Shown: piece after piece, positions 12,682-24,750 of the stretch
How the letters are laid out: each line of letters opens with the position of its first letter
Position numbering within the stretch: position 1 is the stretch's first letter
Assembly (NCBI GenBank): GCA_965645245.1
Contig: OZ287077.1
Span: 1,550,001-1,614,000 of the forward strand
DNA: 64,000 nt
Origin: Massalongia carnosa
Lineage: Eukaryota
Reading direction: 5' to 3'
Notes under the pieces: model-generated
Seen by the model: the letters and a program-made list of their open reading frames with translations, nothing else
What the model was told of the DNA's origin: nothing
Databases searched by the model: none
Program-made: the position numbers and the translations under genes

Positions 12682-13023
12682 CTAGTAGACCCTTAGATTA
12701 GCTACTAATCTGGAGAACTCGATTTTGAGATGTAAGAAGTGAACAAGGGATTCCTGACTAGTTTTTCCAACACAGCTGTTCAGGATGGAATGTTCCTTTG
12801 CCGCTATGATCGTCGTCATGCGTTCATGATCGATTTGCACAGGGCGTTTTGCAACATAGATATCTCCTGCAAAAGGCTCCAATATGCCAGCGTTGGTGGG
12901 TCTGTGGCACTGGAACTGGTGCTTGGGGAAATCGGGCTTCAGCTGTATAATCGAGAACCTTACCACCGGGCTCGCGGCGACAAAGGAGATGAGAGCAGAG
13001 TACGCAAGATATTGAAATCTCAT
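12682..13023 (-). CDS. Putative small secreted protein or truncated remnant of one
   Basis: N-terminus MRFQYLAYSALISFVAASPV is a typical fungal signal peptide. No family recognised and the 3' end is uncertain. Confidence 0.4.
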   Translation of the reverse strand: MRFQYLAYSALISFVAASPVVRFSIIQLKPDFPKHQFQCHRPTNAGILEPFAGDIYVAKRPVQIDHERMTTIIAAKEHSILNSCVGKTSQESLVHFLHLKIEFSRLVANLRVY

Positions 13024-13806
13024 ATTGAGTGGCGATTCGGTGGACTAGAATTGAGCCCTCAAGACATACAATCAAAAATCTTCGAACGACGAAGCAAAAT
13101 AAATAACAAACGAAGTTTGAGATTCGGGAACGATTTGGAAGTAGATTGTATTGATTATGGTCCTACCTGCCTTTTAGTAACAGGCTTGGTTGTAAGACGC
13201 ACTCTGTCCCTGGCGAACCCGCTGCCGATTCTCGGACCACCCTCCATTGCTTGGCCATAGAGTACTCAGTTGATGGTGTATCGCGGGAAGAAGGGGGGTG
13301 GAAGGAGGGATTTAACTTTTGGGTTCTGCCTCGCTCACCTAACACTTCATGTGAAAGCGACCCTGACGGTAAAATCCTCGAGTATGCCCTGATTTGGGCG
13401 TGGTCACCTCGTATTGAAACCTCCTTCATCGCAGTTCGTAAAACACTGGCATCCGAACGGTGGTGAATCTGCCCTATTGGGCTTTCCTGATACATCTTAC
13501 CTGGCTATGTAGAATCGATTTCGGTTGTGAATATTAACTCACTCTCTTATTCTGCTTTTTTTTGTTCACCACCGAGTCTCTTCATCGAAATCTATCCAAC
13601 AAATTGCTTGGTTAGATGACCGCTTTTCAAACGCTTTGTGTTTTGATAGCCCGAGCACCGACCTACGGGATGACATTTAAATGGGACTTGCTCATCCGCG
13701 TCAATTCGGATGTTTCGGGCCAACCGTCAACAATAGAAACCCCATTCTGATAAATAGCACTAAAGACGAGGATTGTATAATCATATTTGGTCAACGATTT
13801 TTCGCA

Positions 13807-14634
13807 ATGCCGACCTATTTGCGCAGTCTTTTCCTTCCCCTTGTCCTACCATTCGCCAGCCCCTTTCCGCTGGAATCAGACTTCTCAGCAGATGGGGGGC
13901 TCAATGCTGGCAACCTGGATGCATCAATCGCTGTGGGCAACCTGGCTTTCAATGAAGGAATTTTAGGTTCATCAATTGATCCGTCTAATTCAGTCTTCAA
14001 CCTAGCAAACGCAGATCTATCGCCCAATTCTCTCACACTTGCTTCCACGAATAGACCTGGCTCGATAGTCCCCAACGATGCTTTCAACTTGTACACGACA
14101 CCCGATATCCCTGGTCAAGCGGGAATCCCAGATATCTCCCCCGGCATCGTGGATGGGCTTCAAACCTCGTATGGCTCGCTATTAAGCAATGTCCAATCGC
14201 CGCCGGCGCTTGCTCAAGTAAAAAAACCTAAAAAAATCCCCAGACCGAGGTCGGTCACAGCACCTTTCGCATGCAAGGACATGCCCTTACCGCCTGGAGT
14301 TGATAGGCTGGTCCAGGCGTGCTGTAGCGTAAATGGCTTCTGCATCTGGTGGGAAGGCTCGGAACAAATATGCCAAAGCATGGAGTCGTGGCGCTGCTGC
14401 CAATGGATCACTATTGCAAATGAGGGGCTCAACTGCCGTTATGCCAACCTCGTTCCGCCGGATTTCGATAATGGGCTCGCGCGCAACAGAAAACAGCCAG
14501 TGCAAAAGCTCGATCCAGTGCAGACAGTCAAGCCGCCGTCAGAGGGCGATTCGACGGACGTAGAGGAGGAGGTGCCGGCGGATGTCTGTCCAGTGGGCAA
14601 TAAAGGGTCGAAGTCAGATGGGACATGCCAATGA
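13807..14634 (+). CDS. Secreted Cys-rich protein, ~275 aa
   Basis: Signal-peptide-like MPTYLRSLFLPLVLPFASPFP, a low-complexity N/S/D/L spacer, then a Cys/Trp domain (C..CC..CIWW..C..WRCC..C). Intact single ORF. Confidence 0.7.
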   Translation: MPTYLRSLFLPLVLPFASPFPLESDFSADGGLNAGNLDASIAVGNLAFNEGILGSSIDPSNSVFNLANADLSPNSLTLASTNRPGSIVPNDAFNLYTTPDIPGQAGIPDISPGIVDGLQTSYGSLLSNVQSPPALAQVKKPKKIPRPRSVTAPFACKDMPLPPGVDRLVQACCSVNGFCIWWEGSEQICQSMESWRCCQWITIANEGLNCRYANLVPPDFDNGLARNRKQPVQKLDPVQTVKPPSEGDSTDVEEEVPADVCPVGNKGSKSDGTCQ

Positions 14635-15774
14635 GGCGAGGGGGAGAGGATTTTTCGAGCAGGTTTACAAGCGGTTTAAACTGTTGGTTTCCATGGATGG
14701 AGAAGTTTGTGGTAACATAACCGCCGATATATACGTACCTCGCCGTAGTAAGTTGCTGCGTCTTTGTGCATCAAGGCTTCCATAGCATGCGTCTAGGCAA
14801 TGCTGCATTGCTGTCAATAGACTCGAGTATCCCATGCAATCTAATATTTTTGCCTCCTCACCCCTCCCCCCTTCCTCCTTTGCCGTCCTCCCGCCCACTA
14901 ATTCCCACCCTTACCCCCCTCCTCCTTTCCCTCTCACTAGAAAAGCTTACGTCTATGACTGAATGAACAAAGAATGAGGAAAGATCTGGGAGCTAGAATT
15001 GGCTTCGTACCTATACGGGCGGAAGAGGCTGAATCTCCCCTTGATGGTATTGAGTGTTGCGAGCAGTCGGATGCTGTTCCAGCGGCACCGCTTCTAACAC
15101 GGGTTATACACAGGGGGCGACTGAACGAAAATGGGTGAGAAGGCAGGAAACTGACCAGATTAACTATGCTGAGGAATTTGTGTCGAGAATTGGGAGGGAT
15201 TGATTATCACCGACGGCGTAATCAGAAAGAAAGAAATACTCGAGAAAAATATTGAGCACGAGGCCCCAAGCCGCCCTTCCGCATAAAACCAAGCCAGACT
15301 GTCCACTAAAATGAATCTCGACACTATTCGTTTAATATTGAAATGTACCTTGGCACTAAGACAGGATTTGCTGTGTTGTTGGCTTGACAGTAGATGTAAA
15401 TGATTGGAGAGTTCCCCAGAGATGAAGCACTAATGCGATCAAAAAAAAAAGTGCTGCTGGTGAGAATGATTTATTTGAATCAAGTTCAGCATGTTCCTGC
15501 TCGAGACTGTATACGTTCACAACTCCTTAAAAACACGCTCACCTGCGGCGAGCGTCAGAGAGCCGCAGAAGTATTTAAGGCTGAAAATGCTAGCGCACGC
15601 CAATCTAGCTTCCGGCATGTTGTGGCATAGAAAGGGTTAATACTTGTGGACCTCGATGCTGAGTAGTATACTCAGCTGGAAACCACTGCCGATAACACGC
15701 ATTCCCAGAGAAGCTGCCCTCTCTGAACGCCATACAGTGGAGTGTTATAAACGCATGCTATCCTGCTACCATTT

Positions 15775-16936
15775 TTAGAGATCATCAGGTTCTCCCTTGA
15801 AGCTTGCTAGTCCCTGCATTATAGATTCAGGCGACAAGAAAACTCCTAGGTTGGCCGTAAGGGCATCGATTACGGACATCATACTATAGGAGGTGTTGCT
15901 GTATTGAAACACTATAGTAATGAAAAAAATAAGAACCGTATGAAGATGCATTTCTCTTACGAGTAGTGTTTTTGTGCAAAAATATACTGTACGTGGGAAG
16001 GGAGGATTCAGTCTGTTTAGCAACCGGCGACCCGATTTTCTATGGGTCCTCGCTCATTATAGTCCATATCCCCGACTGAAATATGCTTGTTGTGAGAGAC
16101 CTTCCATTTCTTTGTAAGCAACAGACAACTATAATCATTAAAAAAATCACTAGAAAAGTTATCCGTGGCTCGCGGTGCTAGTTGTGATCTTGCGAAGATG
16201 TCTTACCAACGAACCAGCTGCTACGTCGCTAGGTATAGGATTTAGAGGATAGGTACCAGTTGGAACATCAACACAAGCATCACTTCATGAAGTTCCAATC
16301 ATTGGTTGACAAAATAAGTCGCCGAAACCGTTAATAGATTGATTGGATGTCACAGCCCAGGTAGAACTTGAAAGTCGATATTGCGTTCCCCGGATACACC
16401 CTACCGAATCTTGGTAAAATATCCATCGGTCGCCATTCGGAAAAACAGCACCGGCAATAGAACTGTTTTTGAAAATGGTAGGTAATGAACTGGGACACAC
16501 CGCGGAAGGGCTAGATGATGGAGCCCTGTTCAGCAAGATATATTAGCCACAACCATCTCCAGCCAAACAGCCGCAACAAACTTAGGCTTGTGTCTCAGAG
16601 AAATTTAAATCCCAGCTCCAATTGATACAGCAATGGTGAACGCTGCCAAGAGAAAGATCCATGGCCTGTTCGATCGACCTCGTATCATTTTCTTTTCAAG
16701 AACCGAATCATCCGCGATGGATCGGGATTTTTTTGGTTCCAGTTGAAATAAGCCATCTTGTCTTACTTCAAGTCCTTCCGTCATCATGAATTCCGGGGCG
16801 GATGCCTGTGGGTCATGAGTGACTTTGGGCGCTATCGAATACAAGGTTTCCGGTGCGTGTATCGAGGAGGCATAGCGCGGCTGTGAGCTCAGTGTTGTGT
16901 ATATCAAGAGGATCTGCTGGGATATCTCACCACCAT
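15775..16936 (-). pseudogene. Decayed single-pass membrane protein with a fucose-lectin-like beta-propeller region
   Basis: Fragments: PE..EGLEV motif, basic patch plus TM segment (RPWIFLLAAFTIAVSIGAGI), then SSIAGAVFPNGDRWIFYQDSVGCIRGTQY..W. Broken by stops and frameshifts; boundaries approximate. Confidence 0.5.
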
Positions 16937-18120
16937 TTTGAGGTTCAATAGTCTAGCTTACTCGATGCTAAGCGATATTTCCGGGTGGAGAATTGGAGAA
17001 AAGTGGTAAAAGAAAGACACGTTTCCTATTAAATTGCAAAAAACTATTGCTCTCGGAACATAGTTTAATCTGTTCTTAGCCGCGTTGATAGGACATAGAG
17101 TTGAGATTTTTCTGCAAAGGTTGCGACGAAGGACGTTAGAGAAGGTTTAGAAAGTGGCAAAGTGCAGGACTTCACTCCTAATTTTCGTGTGCTGACTGGA
17201 AATAAGTAGCTTGTGAAACTTGACAAACCATGAAATGAAATCAAGTAGCGCAACTAAATCTTCAGGAACGACAAGTTATGGTCGGCAAAGCGAACATCGG
17301 GTGTTCGCAAGGTGAGGGCATATATCCATAATGGATCCTTCAACAATGAAAGCTAATGAATTTCATTTTCAACAAACTAGAAAAACGATTGAGAAAACCC
17401 CCCAAATCAAAAGCCAACTTTTCCCAAATAGCACAATCCGTAGAAAGTAAATCGAACCTGAAGAGTGGATTGAGTATCCATGAACCAACACCTCGGGCAA
17501 AAAGTCTTCGACTGGAAGATTGAAGAGAAGCTGCAGCGAAGGCCGAAAAAGAAAAGCGACCATGAAAATATCTTTACGGCAACAACTCGAAAATATCATT
17601 GATTAAAAATCAGCGAACTTCGATATAGAAGCAGTAGCAGAAGAATTTCTCCGTTCTATTTTAGTAAGTGAAGGAGGTGGAAAGGTGATAAAAATTAGCT
17701 GATAACTCGCGCCGATCTGAACAAGATAGCCTATCCATTCAGGTATAATGCTTTGGGAGCAATTTCGAACATACAGCCCCGAAGACTCTAGTGAGCAATG
17801 GAAAATAACTGAAGGAGGGCATCGAAGCAAGAGGGATACGTATAAGAGACGGGCGAGTTCTAGACTATAAGAATGAACGTATAGGCAAGGATAAATTCCT
17901 ATGGAGAGAAAGCAAAGGAAGGATGAATAAAAAGACAAGGAGAAAAACACCGGTTCTGTATTCTAAACACAACGCGGAGATGATAAATCTTCGTCGCCAG
18001 CCACTGAATATGACCTACCTCTTCTCTTAAGACTTGTCCGTAATAAATCGGAAGAAACAGTCTATCCTAACAACCATGCAAACATCCTTCTTCTAACCGA
18101 TGCCCCAAAAGAGGTGGGAA

Positions 18121-20345
18121 TTAAAGACAGCACTCATGCACCCCCATCGGTCCCAATTCATTATACTCCGTCCGCGACATAAACCCCTTACTCAACCCCT
18201 GATCAACCACAAACACAACCTTAGCCGCGACCTGCGCGCCGAGAAACCCCGCCTCCTCGGTGCCCACGTCCTTCCACTCGGGGAAATACTCGGGCATCTT
18301 AGCCGTCTTAATACTGGTAGGGGTCTGTCCGTGGCCATGGTGACCGCCATGATGCAGCTGCTGGGACATGAGGTTAGTGGTGGTGGCGGCATTGGCGGCG
18401 GATAGCTGCGATTGGTAGTATTGCTGCAATTGCTGGGAGTGGCCCGGTGGAGCAAGGTGATTTGAAGCCGTGGTAGCGGCAAGGAGAAGGGGGTTCACGC
18501 TCGGGCCGTGCGCGTGCGTTGAAGGAGTGGGGCCATGGGGTTGCGGTTGCGGAGTATTAGCGCCGGTGGCGACGGGAGTTGTGAGGTTGGAGGGGAGCTC
18601 AGAGGTGAAAATAGTAGCGCTGGAGGGGGAAATAAGATATCTTGCAGATAAGGTGGCGAGGAGAGCTTCTTTGAATCCTGTGCAGTCCGAACATATTAGT
18701 AAAGAAGATGGTTTAAGAGACTGAACGGAGATTGCGGTATCACGAGCCTTTGATTTTACTTCCGTTGCCTAGGATAATGAGGGAGTCCCATAACTCGCTG
18801 CGCTTCCTGGCGTCGGGGACGGAGAGTATAGACCGGTGGATTGTGTCGGCAATTTGGTCCATGATGCCGCCGGTTGTGGCTTGAAACCTTTCGACGCCAA
18901 CTTCGATATCCTTTCGCACAAAGGCAACCGTATTTCTGTTCCGCCGCCTTTCTTCTTTGCGCGCAGAAGCTGCAGTCTCCGCGCCTTCTACAATGACTTC
19001 ATCGTTCACAAGTTCTGGCGTTTTTTGTCTTTTGGCTACTCCGCCGTCCTGCGGCACTTCGTTATTTACGGCACGCTTGCCATTCCCATTTAGTTCCTCG
19101 AGAGGCCGGCGCTCATTGTAGTGAAATGTAACCTTGATACGCTTTGCATTAGGCAATTTGGCCAATTTTGGGGCTGCGGCAGCATCCGAGGCGGCTTTCT
19201 TCGCAGCTGCCTTATCGGCCTTTTCCTTTTCCTTTTTAGCTACCCATTCACTGGTTTTGCCGCTGACGACAATGCTAGCCACGTCGAGTACGCCTTCATT
19301 ATCTTCTGCTTCTTTGACTTCGCGATCTGGTTCATCGTCGACCATGTCAACGTCCAAGCCCGAGGCCTTAGGAACCCCACTTTGCGCAGATATAGAGCCC
19401 CTTTGCCCTTCTAAGCCATTTGCGGTAGTTGCAGAAGCAGGGTTTATTGTTTGTTCATCGGCCTCATTCTCTCCTGGAAGCTCTGTCTCTGGTAATAAGA
19501 TCTCGCAGATGCTGCTCCTCTTCAACTGCTCACACATATCCTTTGTGAATCCCTTTGCCCCCAACAACGCAAACAAGCGCTGCGTCATACCATCTCCCCC
19601 GCATCCAGTCAGCGCGGTCCCTCTCCCAAGATCCGTAACCATGAAATCACTGACAGCAGTAATATCGCATTTTCCCAACCCAACATCCACCACAGTCGCC
19701 GTTGACGTTGCATATGCATAGCAGACCGCCAACGCCGAATCCATGAGACAGAAAGCCGGTGTTTTGAACTTCTCGAAGAAGAACTGCGTCAGCTTCTCAT
19801 GGTCGTGAGCCGTCCATGCTGGCTGAGATATGACAAGAATGGGCGTGTGAAAAGGCGGGCTGAGCGTATTGTAGACGTGGGTGAGCAGAGCGAAGAAACA
19901 AGGCCAGTTTACAATGCGACCAGCTACAATTGGAAACACAGCCCCTTCATCCGTCGTTGGATCCTCTTCATATATGGCATCTTCTTCATCGAGGTCCACC
20001 ATTTTCTCATCCTCATCCCCATTCGCTTTTCCCGGTGCGCCATCTTCGTTACTTTTACCATTGACCTCGTGTTCCGCTCCTGGCCTTGACAGCTTCTTGC
20101 GAACCTTCAGCGGCTCCCATTCGCCCTTCTTCTCCGCAGGAAACATGCGACTTGGGAGACGTAGTCGTGCTGGTGTGAAGGATTCGGGGAGGCCTAGCTG
20201 TGCCAATGTCGTTTGCGATCCAGGTACAATCATCTAACATCATCAACTGGATGTTAGCCATCGTGGTACGCCATAACGTTTCAAGATGCATTAAGAGCGC
20301 GAGCGAGCAAGTTACCAATATATGTTCATCCTTGAAAGGCGGCAT
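18121..20345 (-). CDS. ARP9: Actin-related protein 9 (SWI/SNF-RSC chromatin remodelling subunit); exons 20345-20316, 20233-18748, 18677-18121
   Basis: MPPFKDEHILMIVPGSQTTLAQLGLPESFTPA start, QFFFEKFKTPAF, ELWDSLIILGNGSKIKG|FKEAL, and C-terminal KMPEYFPEWK...FLGAQVAAKVVF. Intron 2 requires a GC donor. Confidence 0.92.
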
Positions 20346-21286
20346 GATGGGCAGAATGCTGCTCCTCAGGCTGTGATTTAAGGAATAAGGTACATAATGA
20401 TTTGTCTCAGAGCATTTTGTAGCTATCCAATCAAAACGCGATCGCACAGCTGCAGCCCTTTCGCGCTTGCGCTTAAAGTACTTCAGCCAATTCTACGAAT
20501 AGAACAATCCAACGTCCTCGTCTCGTAATCAATTTTTATATCAGATGCAACTAATTGTTGAGATAAATCATACGCCCATGCACGAAGCCTTGTTTCATCA
20601 TTCAAAGTAGCGACTAATAAATAGATTTAGTTAGGCAGAAAGTCTCTTTCCAAGACAAATCTCTCGGTTGAAAAGAACTTCGTTTAGACCCATGAAAGCA
20701 CATTCAGAGGGTCTTCCCTAACCTATCACAACCAAAATATCAGATAAGGCAGGTACTGACCCCGAAATCTGGAAAGCGATTGATTTAGGTTTCATTTCGT
20801 CCTTTGTGCTTCTCATCAAGAACTCGGAAGCTCAGGCCGGGTTGAGTATCTAAACAAAAAGGGGAGTGGGTGCGGTTCTTGAAGCTTCTAGCCATCTACT
20901 TTTACGTAACCGCTACCGTGTTTTTTTCTTCTTTCTTTTCGCAGGAGAGGCCCAAAAACCTTGAAATTGGATAAAAATGTATCAAGGGCCCGGTTTATTG
21001 GCAATACAGATAGGCCAAGGTACAATCTCCAGGGGAGAGGGATATTTGGACCAGCGCTACGTAAATGGAAGGATAAGATGAAAGCAGAAACCGTGATGAA
21101 TGGTTCTTCAAGATCTTGGCCAATTTCGACATTTTACCTCCTTCAAGCTATTTCTCCAACTTTGGTAATGTCCTAAGGCGTTGGCACAATATGCTTGACT
21201 ATGGCCAGGAAGGCAACTCTAAAACAGAGAGACGCAGAGTCAATTTCAAAAAAAGAACACACACCCCCAACCAGCTATCCGTTTCT

Positions 21287-22119
21287 TCATTTCAGAGTCA
21301 CCAATTCCCCCTTTGCCGCAGCGGTACGACACAACGCGTACCCACCATCCTCATCCACCGCCTCAAGCCCAAATTTGCGCCCACTAGCGTTGTTGCTCAG
21401 ATCCATCGCCTTCTGATTAGCCGACTACGTCTTATCCCTCTTCTCGTGCAAATCCGCGAATATCTTTACCTACGCTTCGCCCAGATGCCACACCATGAGC
21501 ACGTTCTATTAGCAGTGCCGGAAGGCGTTGCCTTTGCCGTTGCTAATGCTGTCCGAGAACTCTATCACGGCGGCCGTACGGGCGGTGTCGGCGTCCAGGA
21601 AGGGGGTGTGGTGGGGTGAGGTGGATCACCACCAGATGTTTTCAGTTGGCTGTTTCTAATGCCTTCTGCATGGGCAGAGCACCTCCGAGTCATGTGACAC
21701 CCCTGAGTACTGACCTTATAGTCTCGGTCGCTCAGCTGTCAACATACCATCCGTGGTCAGTAATCTGTGATCATCTTTTCCATCTACTTCATCTTTTTCC
21801 AGTTCTTTCTTTCTAGCTAGTCGTCCACCTAGCTGACACGATGTGATTGTCTTTTGCTTCGTTTCATCCTTTTGAAGTCACCGTCCAGCGTCCCAGCGAC
21901 AGCTCCATTGGTTCATTACGGTATGTACCACCTTCCATTAGCACGCACGACTACCCCTCCTTCAGCGGTGGCGTATTATCCGAGGTTGAATAGGTTAGCG
22001 TAGTAGGCTGCTTCGGTAGAATTAACGCCGTTGCGGCGATAGAGTCCGGTTGGGACAATTAGATTTGCGGTTGCTATCCCGGCAACAAGAGAAAGGGTGG
22101 GGGCGAGTGGGAGCTTCAT
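21287..22119 (-). pseudogene. Secreted protein with a DUF6973-like domain, inactivated by several in-frame stops
   Basis: Signal peptide MKLPLAPTLSLVAGIATA. The frame at ~21615-21287 reads FSDSISNGKGNAFRHC**NVLMVWHLGEA*VKIFADLHE...*SANQKAMDLSNNASGRKFG. Confidence 0.7.
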
Positions 22120-22469
22120 TACTTTGTGGGAGTTGCGTTGTTCTAGATGAATAGGTAAGGAGAAGTGTTCTGGTTTGGCGACTTGTTCTTTGAGCTTTAA
22201 CTGCAGTTCTTCAGTATTCGGCCTGGGCTTTATATACAGCACCCATGGTGCTGAAGGAGCTGAAGCAGGGGGAATCTACGTCTCACCAAGTCGTGAGACG
22301 CATAGTGCTTTCCGTGCAATCTCTATTCCTTCCCTCAGGAACAGGAGAGCTCTTGACGCGTCTAAGCCTTGGTAGGAACAAAAGGCAGAACAATCTTCGC
22401 CACCGGCGCTATAGCATTCACATTCGGAGTCTGCAGCGTAACCTGTGCGGGTTTGCCTAACCCTCACCT

Positions 22470-23090
22470 CCTAATCCGCAACCGCAGTCGCCGCGCAAAC
22501 ATTGCTCTTGACTAACTCGCCTTGCAACCCCCATTGCGCTTACCCCCTTCACGTCAATTAGCCCGCACAACTTCCGCACCCCGCCAGGTCCCTGCACCGC
22601 GCCCACCGCCTGCACGATCCAGATCTCGGTGCTGACCTCAGCGGTGAGGTTCTAGATCTGGGGCAGGCGGGGAAGCGCGTCGGCGTGGGCGGCAGAGTAG
22701 ATGATGTTCTTGCCTGAGGGGCACGTCGTAGCCGGTGTCTTGGAGGCGGGTGGAGGTGAAGGTGCCGAAGAGAAGGCAGAGGAGGGAGAGCTGTTCGGGG
22801 GAAGTGGCGGCCCCGGTAAGCTGGATGGCTAGGAGCTCTGAGGCGAGGGTTAGGACGTTGAGGATAGCGTCGGGGCGGAGCGCGGCCACAGTAGCGGTAT
22901 CTTTTTGCTGGACCGTTGTGGATGCTGGGAGGGAGGGGTTAGTTTGGGCCCTGGCTTGGGGTGGGACGAAGGTTGTTGCATGTCGTTGATGCCTAGCCTC
23001 GACCCTTGCCGCCGCCCCTGGACGTGAATCCGTCCCATGTACTTTGCATATGACGGTACGTACCTCCCGTGACGGCGGTGGTCATGGTGA
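22470..23090 (-). pseudogene. Probable NmrA-like / isoflavone-reductase-like pseudogene
   Basis: GC3-biased fragments MTTAVTGGT.. (Rossmann start) and VAALRPDAILNVLTLASELLAIQL, interrupted by stops and frameshifts. Confidence 0.4.
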
Positions 23091-23432
23091 CGAAGATGAA
23101 CCCGACAATCTCGATGCTTGCGAGGTATGAAAATAGCTTTTCTTCTATCAAGTTCGGTGTGAGCGAATGGTGGAACCGGATAGCTTGAGTATAGGAGAAG
23201 ATGGAAGGAAAGACTGATGATGTTAAGCGGAAAGAACAAGAACATAGAGAAGCACCTCTTATAAAAAGGTGCCCTACCCAAGACACTTTGTGATGATGAT
23301 AATAACAATCATGGTCTCATCAGCCTCCGCTCCGAAACAAAAAATCCGCCCTCCTTCAAACACATATTTTCCCCAAGCTCTGAGGAGAATACTTCCTTTT
23401 TGTGTCTCTTTCTCTAACCTTTAATTAGCCTT

Positions 23433-23452
23433 CCCCCCCCCCCCCCCCCCCC
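23433..23452. repeat. Poly(C) homopolymer, ~20 nt
   Basis: Directly visible run. Confidence 0.9.
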
Positions 23453-24750
23453 TTTACCTAGGGAAGGATGATGAGCTCAGCATACCTACCTAGGTACATG
23501 AGACTCCCCCCAAGCTGCAAGTAAAATACTTCCTTTCTTTGCATTTCCCAGCTTTCAAATACCTTAAATCCAATCAACATATCCATAAACCAAACCAAGT
23601 TCCCCTCGGGATGACTTTCCTTCGCAAGCTCTCTATCTTCCTGCCTATAACATTTAACTTAAGTGGGATGGAGGGGACACTCTTATTTTAAGCTTCTGCG
23701 TCACACTACTTCTAATCTTCTTGCCTAGGGTATCTAATCGGATCACATCACATCGCATCGAGTGACCTGGGGTGTAGATGTGTGTTGGTTTGATTAAAAC
23801 TGGTCAGTCAGGAGGAAGTGTATGATGAAGATGAAGATGAAGATCGAGAAACGAACGAGGAACTAGGAACGGAGAGAGCTAAAACGGAGCAGACTAGAGG
23901 CTGGAAAATTGAACCGATCAAAAGGTTAATTCAATCGCTCCAACTCCACATATGAATGTCAAAATCCAGATTCGCTAGACGTGCAAGGAGGTTCTTTGCT
24001 TGGCGAGCCTATATATCATTTTCTCGAGCTATCTCGTGGAGTTATCATTATTAGACGTCGGTGTTTGCGTGACAGTAATTCGGGTTTTCGCGGAGAAGAG
24101 AAGGGGAAAAGATATCTTGTTTGGAACTTTGCTGTTTTAAAGAATAAATGAGGCGAGGGAAGGAATCGTGAAAATCGAAAACAATGTTTTGAAGTAGACT
24201 CAAAGATAGTTGACCCGATCCTTCAACCTATCCATTTCTTACTCAATGTGAGTTCGGATCATGTTGTGGCGATATTCAGTTCTCAACCCGCTCAGGCATT
24301 TACTTCTGAAACTCGGCTGGTTAGGGAGTTTCCGCTTCCAGGACTTAAACAACGCTTTAGAGACCTCATTGCATCAATCAGCCTCTACCTTTGTGCCCGA
24401 AGGTCAAGGATCCAGCATCCTATCCACAAAACCATCCACAAAATACCGAACACAATCGCCCACTGCGTGGCTCTAACCGCGGGCCTTCTCCAGCCTTCTT
24501 CATGTTTCCGCCTCGCCGCCACAGTTCTCAGCTGCCGTAACTGCAATCGCCATCAGTTCTCCACCACTCAGTCGGGGGACATACTTGGCCTGCTTGTCGC
24601 GCAAGAGCCGCAGCCAGTTGCTTACCTCAGGATTTTGAGCCGACTGAGTATCTCGGGCTGCTCATGCCGCACGGAAGACGTCCAACCTAAACTCGCTGTC
24701 GGCTTATATGAATCGGACTCACTCGCTTCTCTTAATAAACGGCACGTAGA

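Noticed and set aside
12739..13260. 173-aa plus-strand ORF
   Set aside because: Non-ATG start and antisense to a more plausible signal-peptide ORF.
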